64,000 bases of DNA from an uncultured Methanosarcinales archaeon. GTDB lineage: Archaea; Nanobdellota; Nanobdellia; Woesearchaeales; ARS49. The notes beneath the pieces were generated by a model. The model was given only the letters and a program-made list of their open reading frames with translations, was not told where the DNA came from and did no database searches. The stretch's first letter is position 1. Every line of letters begins with the position of its first letter. Made by a program: the position numbers and the translations under genes. Positions 1 to 9,083 of this stretch are shown one piece after another. The DNA lies in assembly GCA_964354285.1 (NCBI GenBank), contig CAYGYR010000001.1, positions 454,424 through 518,423 on the forward strand, written 5' to 3'.

Positions 1-825
1 AAAGACAAGGCAATAACCTTCGAGCTTGACGGCAAAATCGCAAAAGCATACGATGAGAAGACAGGAGTCGCAAGATTCCAGGCAGGAGACGAAGAGCTCT
101 TCACAGGGCCATTTGGGCCAGAGGGAGTTCTCAAGCTCGCAAGAGAAGACATCCAGCAGCACATCACAGCATACAACAAATTCATCGATGATATATACGC
201 TGATGGAAAGATAACCCCAGAGGAGAGGGACAATATTGCAACTTATGTTAATGCAACAATAAGAAACCTGCAATGCATCGAGAATAGAGACGCAGTATCA
301 CAGATTGTACTGACGAATCTTCTCAGGAAGCTGGATGGCCAGCTTACAGGTTATGCAAAAAAAGCAACCAAAGAATACTTTGTGGGAATCGGGCTTGTCG
401 GTGGACAAGATATCGGCTTGACAGGAAACCCGCAGAAAGTTGATCTTCCAGAAGCAGATGTAAAAGCAAAACTCGGAGAGGACGCTTACAAGAAACTCGA
501 AGAACAAGCAAAAGCACACGGCCTTAAAGCTTACGCGCCAATACCCCAGAAAAGTGATTTCGGTGACAGAGAAGAAGAGCTGGCAGAGGCAAAAGGGCAG
601 TGGACAGAGATAACGCAAGCTGCAGCAGCTGCGCTCGTAGCAACAGACAAAGTCGGTGCTGGAAACCCAACAAGATTGAGCAAAGACAGGTGGACTGGCC
701 TGACTGACGGAAAATTCGAGAACAGGGAAGTGCTGCCTGGAGCAACACATATTCAGGTTGTGACAACAGGAGCAAGCGCTGACGAAAAAGCAAAAGAAGA
801 AGCAAAGTTCGGCGAGTACAAATAA
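1..825 (+). CDS. Hypothetical protein, C-terminal fragment; the 5' end lies outside the window
   Basis: Frame 1 is open from base 1 to the stop at 823-825. The tool ORF 382..825 is in the same frame and extends upstream with no stop. No recognisable domain. T-rich tract follows the stop. Confidence 0.4.
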   Translation, partial: KDKAITFELDGKIAKAYDEKTGVARFQAGDEELFTGPFGPEGVLKLAREDIQQHITAYNKFIDDIYADGKITPEERDNIATYVNATIRNLQCIENRDAVSQIVLTNLLRKLDGQLTGYAKKATKEYFVGIGLVGGQDIGLTGNPQKVDLPEADVKAKLGEDAYKKLEEQAKAHGLKAYAPIPQKSDFGDREEELAEAKGQWTEITQAAAAALVATDKVGAGNPTRLSKDRWTGLTDGKFENREVLPGATHIQVVTTGASADEKAKEEAKFGEYK

Positions 826-876
826 ATTTTTTATTTTTTAACTTTCAATTTTTAATAAAAAAACAAAACAAAAAAA

Positions 877-2028
877 ATGATAAGAAAAACAAGCATTTGG
901 CCAATAATATCAACTGTTCTTATTTTTTTAATGCTGATCGCAGTCCCATCTTTCGCATTCTTTGACGAGTTCGGAAGCGGAGCAGGAGATTTCTTTGACG
1001 GCACTGGAGAGGGAGCAGATGACTTCTTCGATGGAACCGGCGAAGGCGCAGGCGATTATTTTGATGGCACTGGAGATGGAGCAGGAGATTACTTTGACGG
1101 CACTGGAGATGGAGCAGGAGATTACTTTGATGGAATCGGCTCCTCAGACACTGGCGCAGAGTTTGACGGACTTGATGATGCAGATGACGGCTTTGACGGC
1201 TTCCCAACAGGAATACCAGGGGATGATGACTCAATCTATTTCCCACCGCCAACACAGCCAAATCCAGAGGACCCGCCAGAATTCCCGCCTAAAAACGCAG
1301 TCATGGATGTATCTGTATCTGAAAGCAAAGATCCTGTAGAGCCAGGAACTATTTTGACTTACACAATAAAGTATGTTAATGGCGGATTTGTTGATGCAGA
1401 TGATGTATCACTCGCAGTAATGTATGATGATAAAACAGGGTATAATAGCGCAACGCCAAAACCAACTGAAGGAATTGACAGATGGACATTTGGAAAAGTC
1501 CTGCCTCAGAAAGGAGGAACTGTCAAAATAGATGTGGTTGTCAGGGGAGGCGCTAAAGACGGCGATACCCTTGTATTCCGGGCAAACCTGAAATATGTTG
1601 ATTCTATAACAGGCAAACAGCACGATGTTTCTGCAACAGCAAATACAAAAGTAAAGATAACACCGCAGCCAACACCACAGCCAGAGCCAAGCCCGCCAAC
1701 AAAAGCAGAGCAGGGCGTTTCACTGAAAATACTTTCAACAAGATTCCCGCTTGCTGGCAGCGCTGGAAATGCTGTGCCAATATACATGACCATAGAGAAC
1801 AATGGCAATGAGAAGCTTGATGACACAACAATCACTGTCCTTAACCAGGAGCTTGCAATCAGGACGAGCATAGGCCCATTTGACCTAGGCAAAGGCAGGG
1901 ATGTATCAAAAATGCTCCTGCTCAGGATACCAGAAAACGCTCCTGAAGGAACATACATGCTCAGGTTCACAGTGTCAAGCAACAGCCAGATAAGAAGGGT
2001 TGTCTACAGGGAGCTTTACGTAATATAG
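877..2028 (+). CDS. Secreted or cell-surface protein with an N-terminal signal/TM segment, acidic tandem repeats and DUF11-like (conserved repeat domain) modules
   Basis: Hydrophobic N-terminus. Five tandem 12-aa repeats (DGTGEGAGDYF-like). Segments such as VEPGTILTYTIKYVNGG resemble DUF11/CARDB surface-protein repeats. TATA-like box and A-rich leader upstream. Confidence 0.6.
   Translation: MIRKTSIWPIISTVLIFLMLIAVPSFAFFDEFGSGAGDFFDGTGEGADDFFDGTGEGAGDYFDGTGDGAGDYFDGTGDGAGDYFDGIGSSDTGAEFDGLDDADDGFDGFPTGIPGDDDSIYFPPPTQPNPEDPPEFPPKNAVMDVSVSESKDPVEPGTILTYTIKYVNGGFVDADDVSLAVMYDDKTGYNSATPKPTEGIDRWTFGKVLPQKGGTVKIDVVVRGGAKDGDTLVFRANLKYVDSITGKQHDVSATANTKVKITPQPTPQPEPSPPTKAEQGVSLKILSTRFPLAGSAGNAVPIYMTIENNGNEKLDDTTITVLNQELAIRTSIGPFDLGKGRDVSKMLLLRIPENAPEGTYMLRFTVSSNSQIRRVVYRELYVI
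984..1140 (+). repeat. In-frame tandem 36-nt coding repeats (about 4.5 copies) encoding an acidic DGTG(E/D)GAGD(F/Y)F motif
   Basis: Direct reading: ggcactggagatggagcaggagattactttgac recurs with synonymous variation. Confidence 0.7.
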
Positions 2029-2123
2029 AAAGTATCTACTCCATAATGGTTACAAACCGAAAACTTTATATATGGAGCAGATTTAACAAACTCAACAAGC
2101 AAAGATCGGGGGTTTATTGAAAA

Positions 2124-3374
2124 ATGAAAGCGCTAAAGACAATATTGATTGCAATTTTACTAACAATAGCACTGGCAGGCATAGTATCTGCTGCACAGAT
2201 ACCTGTAACAATAGACAGGGTTGAGATTGATGACACAGAAATCTTTTCAGACCAGACAAACAGGCTTGATGTTGAGAGAGGCCAGGATGTCCCAACAGAA
2301 GTCACAATAACAGCGCTTCAAAACGTTAATGATGTTGAAGTGCAAGTTTTCATATCAGGATTTGAATACAACAAATGGGAGCCAGCATCTGCAATCTCTG
2401 GCGTAAAAGACCTAGAAAAGGATGTCACATACAAATTCAGATTCACACTCCCTATATCAGATGAATTCGAGAAAGACAACTATAAATTGAGAGTTCTTGT
2501 CACAGACAGGTACAGCGGAGAGCTTCTCCAGAACTACAACCTGAAAATTGATGTTCCAAGACACAGCCTGAGGGTTGATGATGTTGTCGTAAACCCAGAG
2601 AACGCTGTGAAAGCAGGATCTGCACTTCTTTTGACTGTCCGCGTCCAGAACAAAGGAGAGAAGGATGAAAGCGATGTAAAAGTCAAGATAACAATACCAG
2701 AGCTTGGCGTCAGCGCAACAGAATACATAAAAGAGATAGAGAACTCTGATGAAGAAGAAGAGACAGAGGAAATATTTGTGAAAATACCAAGAGATGCAAA
2801 ACCAGGGCTTTATGACATGCAGGTAGAGGTATTGTACGGCGAGGGCCATATGACAGAGAGTGTCACGAAAACAATACAGGTAATTGAGGGAGACATATAT
2901 ACTCCTGCAGCAAAAACAACAATAGTCCTTGGCTCACAGCTTGAGAATGTCAAGCAAGGAGAGACAGCAATATTCCCAATAACAGTCACAAACAATGCAA
3001 GAACAAGCAAGAGTTACACAGTTGCGGTTGCACAGCCAGAGTGGGCTGCAATCAAGATAACACCATCAAGCACAATCGTGCTTGAGGCAGGAAAAACACA
3101 GACCCTGTATGTTGCTGTGGAAGCAAGCAAGAAAGCACCAAAAGGAGCACAGGTGCTCACTGCAGCAGTAAGCTCAAGCGGCGAGACCCTTGAACAGATT
3201 ACAATGACCGCAAACGTGACAAGAGGCGCAGGAAGCCTAATCAGGACAGTACTTGAGGTAATCCTGGTAGCATTCATAGTGGTTCTATTAATAATCGGCT
3301 TGATCATCGGATTCAACAAGCTAAGAAGCAATACTGATGATGATGGGCAGGCAAAAACAGAGACTTATTACTAA
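2124..3374 (+). CDS. Cell-surface protein with a signal peptide, CARDB/DUF11-like beta-sandwich modules and a C-terminal TM anchor
   Basis: N-terminal signal-like MKALKTILIAILLTIALAG. CARDB-like segment (VKAGSALLLTVRVQNKGEKDESDVKVKITIPELG). C-terminal hydrophobic helix followed by a short tail. SD CGGGGG 12 nt upstream and TATA ctttatatatg further upstream. Confidence 0.6.
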   Translation: MKALKTILIAILLTIALAGIVSAAQIPVTIDRVEIDDTEIFSDQTNRLDVERGQDVPTEVTITALQNVNDVEVQVFISGFEYNKWEPASAISGVKDLEKDVTYKFRFTLPISDEFEKDNYKLRVLVTDRYSGELLQNYNLKIDVPRHSLRVDDVVVNPENAVKAGSALLLTVRVQNKGEKDESDVKVKITIPELGVSATEYIKEIENSDEEEETEEIFVKIPRDAKPGLYDMQVEVLYGEGHMTESVTKTIQVIEGDIYTPAAKTTIVLGSQLENVKQGETAIFPITVTNNARTSKSYTVAVAQPEWAAIKITPSSTIVLEAGKTQTLYVAVEASKKAPKGAQVLTAAVSSSGETLEQITMTANVTRGAGSLIRTVLEVILVAFIVVLLIIGLIIGFNKLRSNTDDDGQAKTETYY

Positions 3375-3449
3375 GTCTTTGGCTTTTCTTTTTTCTCCAT
3401 TGATTAAACAAAACCACCTAGCAGAATGGGATTAAGGTAGGGGTAAAAT

Positions 3450-5909
3450 ATGAAAAAATTACTGCTGGCATTGATAATCGCACTGGCGCTCATAGCTAGT
3501 GCCAGCGCCCAAGAAAACTTTGATGCATATGGGCAGCCCTCAATAGATACCTTCCAGTGCAGCATGCACGAAGGCAAGGTAACTGTAATAAATTCTGGAT
3601 CAACTTCAAGCACATATTTCATGGAGGTTGACGGGAGTGCTGCAAAATGGGCATCATTTGCCCCTGCAACATTCGTTCTTTTCCCGGGCCAAAGTCTAGA
3701 GGTTAAAAGCTATCTTGATGTCCCATGCGATGCTAAAGGAGAGTATACTCTTGATGTATTCATAGTGACTGCAGACGGGGTTGAAAAATCAATACCGCAG
3801 GACATAAGCGTTGAAAAGCCACAGAACATTGACATTAGGGCGAATGTATTCTCACAATCAATAAATCCCTGCCAGTCAGCAAGATATAATCTTACAATAA
3901 TAAATCCTCTTGATTTCACAGAAACATATTCAGTATCTGTTGACAAGTTCAAGAACGAGACATTTTTCAGCGAAGAAAAGCTCACAATACCTGGAAAGAG
4001 CACAAAAGACATAATACTTGATGTAGAGCCAGAAAAATGCGATGTATCTTGGGATTATAACATCATATTCTCTGCGAAAGCAGAAAAAACAATGGTTTCT
4101 GCTGAAATCGACTTAACCCTGCAGATAAACAATACAGGAATCGCAAGCATTGCACCAGGGGTAAGCAAGATAAAAACAGATTACACTGAGAAAGGTGTAG
4201 AGCTCGAGCTAACAAATAATGGAAAAAGCAAGACAGAATACGCGCTTGCTGCAGCAGGAGCTGACTGGGTGAGTGTTGAGCCAGAAAAAATAACTGTTGA
4301 TGCAGAAAAAAGCGCAAAATTCAAGCTCTTATTCAAGCCAAATGCGGATTCAAAAAAAGGAAAATACCAGATACAAATCCTTGCAAAAGCAGACACAGGA
4401 GCAAGATACACAAAAGAGATAACAGTCCAGCTTGGGGAGAAGACAATTATTGACACACTGCTCGAGCACCCAATATGGACTTTTAACGGGGCCATTATCC
4501 TGGTTTTGCTGATAATCATCATATATTTTGTTGCAAAAAAATACACGAGCAAGGAAGCAAAGCTCGCAAGAGCACAAAGCAAAGCTGAAAAAGCGAAAAA
4601 GAAAGAAGAGCTGAAAAAGCAAAGAGCAAAAGAGAAAAAAATGCTTGAGCTAGAGAAAGCAAGACAGCAAAGGATGAAAGAGCTCGAGAAGAAAAGAAAA
4701 GAAGCACAGCTTGAGGCAGAAAGAAAAAAAGCAATAAAGAAACATGACCAGCAGATAAAATCAGAATACAAGCTGATACCTAAAGAAGATATTGTTGAGG
4801 GAAGAAAACTGCCAGACAGATGGCTCGTAAACCTCATCTTATTCATAATCCTTCTTGCGATAATCGGGCTTGCAGTAAGATTCAGGGCTTTTTTCCTTGC
4901 AAACAAATGGTATGTGCTTTTAGGAATCGTAATACTTGTAATACTTCTTATAATAAAATGGCTGGGAGGAATAAACAAGGTAACAGCTCGATGGAAAGGG
5001 CTTGTGCTCGCAAACGAAATGCTGCTCGTCGATGTTAACTGGCGGGCAGGACTTCAGCAATTAAGCTTTGCACTAAGCTCTCCTGCAGAGAAACTGAGAG
5101 CTGTTATCAAGAAAGGGAGAACAAGGCATGGCCGATATTTCAGGCCAAAAGACTATGTCTGCCAATATTTCAGGGCAGAGAGCTCTGTAGACGAGATAAA
5201 AGAGAGCAGATTCAGGTTCAAGGTAGCAAAGAAATGGCTTGAGCAGAGAGAGATTGACACAGAAGATGTTGCGCTTGCTGTCTTGAAAGGAGATAATTAC
5301 AAGAAGCTAAAGACTGTAAGGGAGACTTCAGATGACAAATTTGTTTACTACAAGGCAAATGCAGACTGCTTTGGCCAGTTTGCCATAATAGGAACAACCA
5401 AGGCAAAAGAAAGGCACAAGCCATACTGGATTGCATGGACTGTTCTGGCAGTTCTTGTCTTGATTGCAGCAGGTGTTGGCGCTAAAATGCTCTATGAGCC
5501 AGCAATACAGGCAAAAGGAATACCTATGCAAGTATGGGATGAGGATGTGCAGCAGACAATTGACTTGAATAAATACTTCAGCGATCCAGACAGTGACACG
5601 CTTAATTTCACAGCAACAAAAATCAGCAATATTGATGTGCAAATAAAAGAAGGAGTTGCATACCTGACACCGGACTATGACTGGTCTGGGCAGAGAATCG
5701 TAACCTTCACAGCAGATGACGGAAAAGGAGGAAGTGCGCAAAGCAACCCAGTAAAGCTCGTCGTCAAAAAGAAGATAATTCCAGTTGCAGCAACAGGATA
5801 CATGAAGTTTGTGCTTGCGGGAATAATCATATTAATTGTTCTTATTGCATTCCTGGTGCTCAGGAAGCCAGTAATGAAATGGCTGGAAGAGGAAGAAAAG
5901 GATTATTAG
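3450..5909 (+). CDS. Large membrane-associated surface protein: signal peptide, beta-rich extracellular region, TM segments, a K/E-rich coiled coil and a C-terminal TM
   Basis: 819-aa ORF. N-terminal signal sequence, several hydrophobic helices, and a highly charged KAEKAKKKEELKKQRAKEKK coiled-coil block. SD AGGTAGGGG upstream. Confidence 0.6.
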   Translation: MKKLLLALIIALALIASASAQENFDAYGQPSIDTFQCSMHEGKVTVINSGSTSSTYFMEVDGSAAKWASFAPATFVLFPGQSLEVKSYLDVPCDAKGEYTLDVFIVTADGVEKSIPQDISVEKPQNIDIRANVFSQSINPCQSARYNLTIINPLDFTETYSVSVDKFKNETFFSEEKLTIPGKSTKDIILDVEPEKCDVSWDYNIIFSAKAEKTMVSAEIDLTLQINNTGIASIAPGVSKIKTDYTEKGVELELTNNGKSKTEYALAAAGADWVSVEPEKITVDAEKSAKFKLLFKPNADSKKGKYQIQILAKADTGARYTKEITVQLGEKTIIDTLLEHPIWTFNGAIILVLLIIIIYFVAKKYTSKEAKLARAQSKAEKAKKKEELKKQRAKEKKMLELEKARQQRMKELEKKRKEAQLEAERKKAIKKHDQQIKSEYKLIPKEDIVEGRKLPDRWLVNLILFIILLAIIGLAVRFRAFFLANKWYVLLGIVILVILLIIKWLGGINKVTARWKGLVLANEMLLVDVNWRAGLQQLSFALSSPAEKLRAVIKKGRTRHGRYFRPKDYVCQYFRAESSVDEIKESRFRFKVAKKWLEQREIDTEDVALAVLKGDNYKKLKTVRETSDDKFVYYKANADCFGQFAIIGTTKAKERHKPYWIAWTVLAVLVLIAAGVGAKMLYEPAIQAKGIPMQVWDEDVQQTIDLNKYFSDPDSDTLNFTATKISNIDVQIKEGVAYLTPDYDWSGQRIVTFTADDGKGGSAQSNPVKLVVKKKIIPVAATGYMKFVLAGIIILIVLIAFLVLRKPVMKWLEEEEKDY

Positions 5910-5933
5910 GATTGAGTTCTTAAAATAAAAAAA

Positions 5934-6064
5934 TGGGGACGGAGGGATTTGAACCCTCATCCGAGGCTTTCTTCGTTGAGATTTTTGTTCATTCACCAAT
6001 TATCATTGGCTCATCTCTCTGATTACTGGAGGCCCCTATTCTAGCCAAGTTATACTACGTCCCC
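5934..6064 (-). tRNA. tRNA-Trp (anticodon CCA) with a roughly 57-nt intron at the canonical 37/38 position
   Basis: On the minus strand, acceptor stem GGGGACG pairs with CGTCCCC, followed by discriminator A. T-arm GAGGG-TTCAAAT-CCCTC. Anticodon stem GGGGC/GCCTC with loop C-U-CCA-G[intron]A. The intervening sequence lies at about 5969..6025. No encoded CCA; the D-arm is atypical (3 bp). Mature length is 74 nt. Confidence 0.6.
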
Positions 6065-6089
6065 AATGGTACTATAAGAATAATAGATG

Positions 6090-6437
6090 TTATTTAAAGT
6101 TTACTGTATTGCCTAGATCTGTTTTTGATTCTGCAATCTTGCCAGCAGGAAGCTCTATAACAAACATTGCCCTTGCTTTAGGCGTGTAGAACCTGTAAGG
6201 AATCAAGTTTTCTTTCAAATCAACAACCCGCATCTGCCTATTAAGATAAACCAGGTCAATCGGCTTCCTGACAAGCAGGGTGTGGATAGGAATTATCTTT
6301 TCCTTCCTGAAAATAAAGACGAGCGGGATGATCTGGCTCTTAAGCATCAATCCAAATGTCTTTGCCAGGATATTCCTGCATTTCTTGTGCTCAGTGGCAA
6401 TCACTGTGTTTTTTGTTGTGTTTGTTATCATAACCAT
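6090..6437 (-). CDS. Hypothetical protein
   Basis: 115-aa ORF immediately downstream of the PE-domain gene, in a different frame. No recognisable motif. Confidence 0.3.
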   Translation of the reverse strand: MVMITNTTKNTVIATEHKKCRNILAKTFGLMLKSQIIPLVFIFRKEKIIPIHTLLVRKPIDLVYLNRQMRVVDLKENLIPYRFYTPKARAMFVIELPAGKIAESKTDLGNTVNFK

Positions 6438-6443
6438 TCATCC

Positions 6444-6803
6444 CTACTTTTTGAAAAACAGCCAGTTCTTAGGAGGCCGGAAAAGAAGCAGAACATAATC
6501 CCCTTTTAATCTTTTCCCTTTGAACTTAACAACAAGCTTATTTTTCTCCTGCTCCAGAAGCTCATAAGTTCCTTTGTCCCATATCTCCACTTTGCCGGCG
6601 CCATACTGCCCTTCAGGGATTGTTCCTTCAAATTTCGCATAAGAAAGAGAATGATCATCCACAAGTATGGCCAGGCGCTTCATGTCTTTTTTCAAAGGCG
6701 GCTGCTTTGGAACAGCCCATGACTTGAGAACTCCGTGCATCTCCAGGCGCAGGTCCCAATGAAGGTGAGTTGCAGAATGCTTGTGCACAACAAATATTGG
6801 CAT
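6444..6803 (-). CDS. Standalone DNA ligase D-type 3'-phosphoesterase (PE) domain protein
   Basis: Motifs HATHLHWDLRLE, KSWAVPKQPP, FEGTIPEGQYGAG and C-terminal NWLFFKK match the LigD PE domain (H..HYDLRLE, KSWAVPKGPS, ..WLLIKK). 119 aa is a complete domain. Confidence 0.6.
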   Translation of the reverse strand: MPIFVVHKHSATHLHWDLRLEMHGVLKSWAVPKQPPLKKDMKRLAILVDDHSLSYAKFEGTIPEGQYGAGKVEIWDKGTYELLEQEKNKLVVKFKGKRLKGDYVLLLFRPPKNWLFFKK

Positions 6804-6804
6804 T

Positions 6805-7080
6805 TTAAAGATATTTCAGAATTTTATCTTTTATCAGTTGAAGAAAATCAAGATTCTTTGTCAATTCTTTAGTATTCCTGCTCATTGTCCCGCAGCTGCA
6901 GGATTTGCAATTATCCTTGAACTCAGATTTCATTTTCTCAATATTAGTATCAAGATACATTCTCAAAGAATCAGTGCTCTTGATATCTTCTTTCTTAACA
7001 ATTGCAAGAAATACCTTGAACTCAGGCATGCTCTGGATATCACCTGGAATTTTTTCTTTTATTTCGTCTTTGAAAGCCAT
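6805..7080 (-). CDS. Hypothetical small protein
   Basis: 91-aa ORF lying between the PE gene and PolX on the same strand. Contains a CxxCxC cluster. Confidence 0.3.
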   Translation of the reverse strand: MAFKDEIKEKIPGDIQSMPEFKVFLAIVKKEDIKSTDSLRMYLDTNIEKMKSEFKDNCKSCSCGTMSRNTKELTKNLDFLQLIKDKILKYL

Positions 7081-7101
7081 GATATCACACTCCCTAACCT
7101 A

Positions 7102-8817
7102 TTATATAAGCTTTTCGAACTTTTTCCACGGCAATGAATTAATGATATCTTTCTTCTCTGCCCACCCTCTTCTCGCAGCTGCAATTCCAAGCTCCATGTA
7201 TCTCAAATGGTCTGCGCTGTGGCTGTCTGTATCTATGACCAGCTTTGCCTTATGCGCAATAGCTTCCTTTATGTTTGTATCACTGAGATCAAGCCTTGTC
7301 GGAAAAGAATCAATCTCAAGCCAGACATTATTTGCAACAGCAGCATCATATATTTTTTCCAAGTCAACTTCATAAGGAGCACGCGCATTAATCAGCCTGC
7401 CAGTAGGATGAGCCAAAATATTCACGTACCTGTTCTCCATTGCTTTTAATATTCTTTTAGTCATCTCTGCCTGTGAGCTTTTGAATCTTGAATGCACTGC
7501 AGCAACAACAATATCGCATTTGCTCAGATACTTGTCAGAGAAATCAAGCTCGCCATCAGAAAGGATATCAACCTCAACACCCTTAAGGATGCGGATTCCT
7601 TTTATTTTCCTGCTTATCTTGTCAATCTCCATAAGGTATTTCAGGAATCTTTTTTCCTCCATTCCATGGGCAATCCTCTCTCCTTTACTGTGGTCTGTTA
7701 TTGCAATATATTCGTGCCCCATCTGCATTGCTGCCTTTGCCATCTCTTCAATTGTATTGCCGCCATCACTATGCTTTGTATGCATCTGCAAGTCTCCTTT
7801 AATATCATTGTAGCCAACAAGTTTTGGGAGCTGGTTTTTCATAGCAGCCTCAATCTCGCCTCTGTTTTCTCTCAATTCCGGCTCTATGTATCTCAGCCCA
7901 AGTTTTTTATAGACCTCTTCCTCTGTCCTGCCGCACACATACCTCTCTGTCTTTGAATTAAACAAGCCATACTCATTCAGCTTGTACCCTTTTTTTATTG
8001 CAATCTGCCTGCACCTGATGTTATGGTCTTTTGAGCCTGTAAAATACTGCATTGCAGCCCCAAAACTTTTCTCATCAAAGACGCGGACATCTGAGTTAAG
8101 CCCTTCGTTTAATTTCACAGAGGATTTTGTCGGCCCTTTTGCAAAAACAGCTGCAACATTCGGCATTTTGGTGAAGAAATCCATAACCTTCGCTGAATTT
8201 GGCGAAACAACAAGAACATCAATATCTTTAACAGTGTCTTTCATTCTCCTTATAGAACCAGCAACAACAACCTTTTTTATTTCTGCTAATGTTTTAAATC
8301 TGGCAGCAATCTCTCTCGCAATCGGCAGCGCCCTTCCAAGAAGCATCCTTTCCTCTCCTGTCTTGAAAATCTCTATGCCTTTCAAGATATCCTCTTCGCT
8401 TTTCGCTCCGAAGCGGAAAAGATTTTTTATTTTTCCTGCTTTTGCAGCAGCCTCAAGGTCTTTTACTGATTTTATCCCAAGCTTTTTGTAGAGCAGAAGA
8501 GCTTTTTTCGGGCCCATCCTAGGAACATGCATCATCTCCTCAACACCAGAAGGAACACTGCGCTTTAATTTATCATATTCCTTGACCCGGCCTGTTTTTA
8601 TGAATTCCTCAATTTTCAATGCCAATCTCTGGCCAACACCAGGTATTTCTTCCAGTGCCTTAAGGCCGCCCTGTTCATAAATTTCTTCAATTGGCTTGGA
8701 CAGAGTCTCGATCCCTCTTGCAGCCCGCCTGTATGCAATTGGCTTCCACTCAACACTCTGCATTTCAAGAATGTCAGCTATCTCGTAAAAAATCCTGGCA
8801 ATCTCAAGATTTTTCAT
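7102..8817 (-). CDS. polX: Family X DNA polymerase with a C-terminal PHP phosphoesterase domain (PolX)
   Basis: N-terminal helix-hairpin-helix/8-kDa-like region, followed by a nucleotidyltransferase core. C-terminal PHP histidine motifs (IAITDHSKG, HTKHSDG, AHP). Confidence 0.85.
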   Translation of the reverse strand: MKNLEIARIFYEIADILEMQSVEWKPIAYRRAARGIETLSKPIEEIYEQGGLKALEEIPGVGQRLALKIEEFIKTGRVKEYDKLKRSVPSGVEEMMHVPRMGPKKALLLYKKLGIKSVKDLEAAAKAGKIKNLFRFGAKSEEDILKGIEIFKTGEERMLLGRALPIAREIAARFKTLAEIKKVVVAGSIRRMKDTVKDIDVLVVSPNSAKVMDFFTKMPNVAAVFAKGPTKSSVKLNEGLNSDVRVFDEKSFGAAMQYFTGSKDHNIRCRQIAIKKGYKLNEYGLFNSKTERYVCGRTEEEVYKKLGLRYIEPELRENRGEIEAAMKNQLPKLVGYNDIKGDLQMHTKHSDGGNTIEEMAKAAMQMGHEYIAITDHSKGERIAHGMEEKRFLKYLMEIDKISRKIKGIRILKGVEVDILSDGELDFSDKYLSKCDIVVAAVHSRFKSSQAEMTKRILKAMENRYVNILAHPTGRLINARAPYEVDLEKIYDAAVANNVWLEIDSFPTRLDLSDTNIKEAIAHKAKLVIDTDSHSADHLRYMELGIAAARRGWAEKKDIINSLPWKKFEKLI

Positions 8818-9083
8818 TAGTTTCAGATGCCTCCCTGATTTACTGCGATTGGTATCTGAATTTTCATTTCATAAACCTCTTTAAACTTTGTTTTTCAGCT
8901 TTTTTTAAATATTCATTTGTTTTCTTAAATGAAACAGGAATATTAACCAGGCCAAAAGCAATCGAGCCATCCCGACAGACTTCATTTTATCACCTTACTA
9001 TGACTAAATATTCTCTATTATATATAAATATTTTTTGTTTTTTTTGGAAAAATTTATATACCTGCTATCAAACTTAAAATAAT

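Noticed and set aside
298-805. Minus-strand ORFs 298..750 and 524..805
   Set aside because: They are antisense to an open frame-1 reading frame that runs from the window start. Low-complexity Leu/Ser/Cys-rich translations are typical of shadow ORFs.
4181-4978. 265-aa minus-strand ORF inside the 3450..5909 gene
   Set aside because: Antisense shadow of the K/E-rich coiled-coil coding region (S/F-rich low-complexity product). The plus-strand gene has a signal peptide, SD and coherent domains.
6090-6803. Possibility that 6090..6437 and 6444..6803 are one frameshifted gene
   Set aside because: The 6444..6803 product already spans a complete PE domain, from the H.HWDLRLE motif to the C-terminal WLFFKK end. 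The downstream ORF has no PE similarity, so they are treated as separate.
6444-8817. Calling the locus a complete NHEJ system
   Set aside because: No Ku-like or ATP-dependent ligase gene is present in the window. Only a PE domain and PolX are supported.
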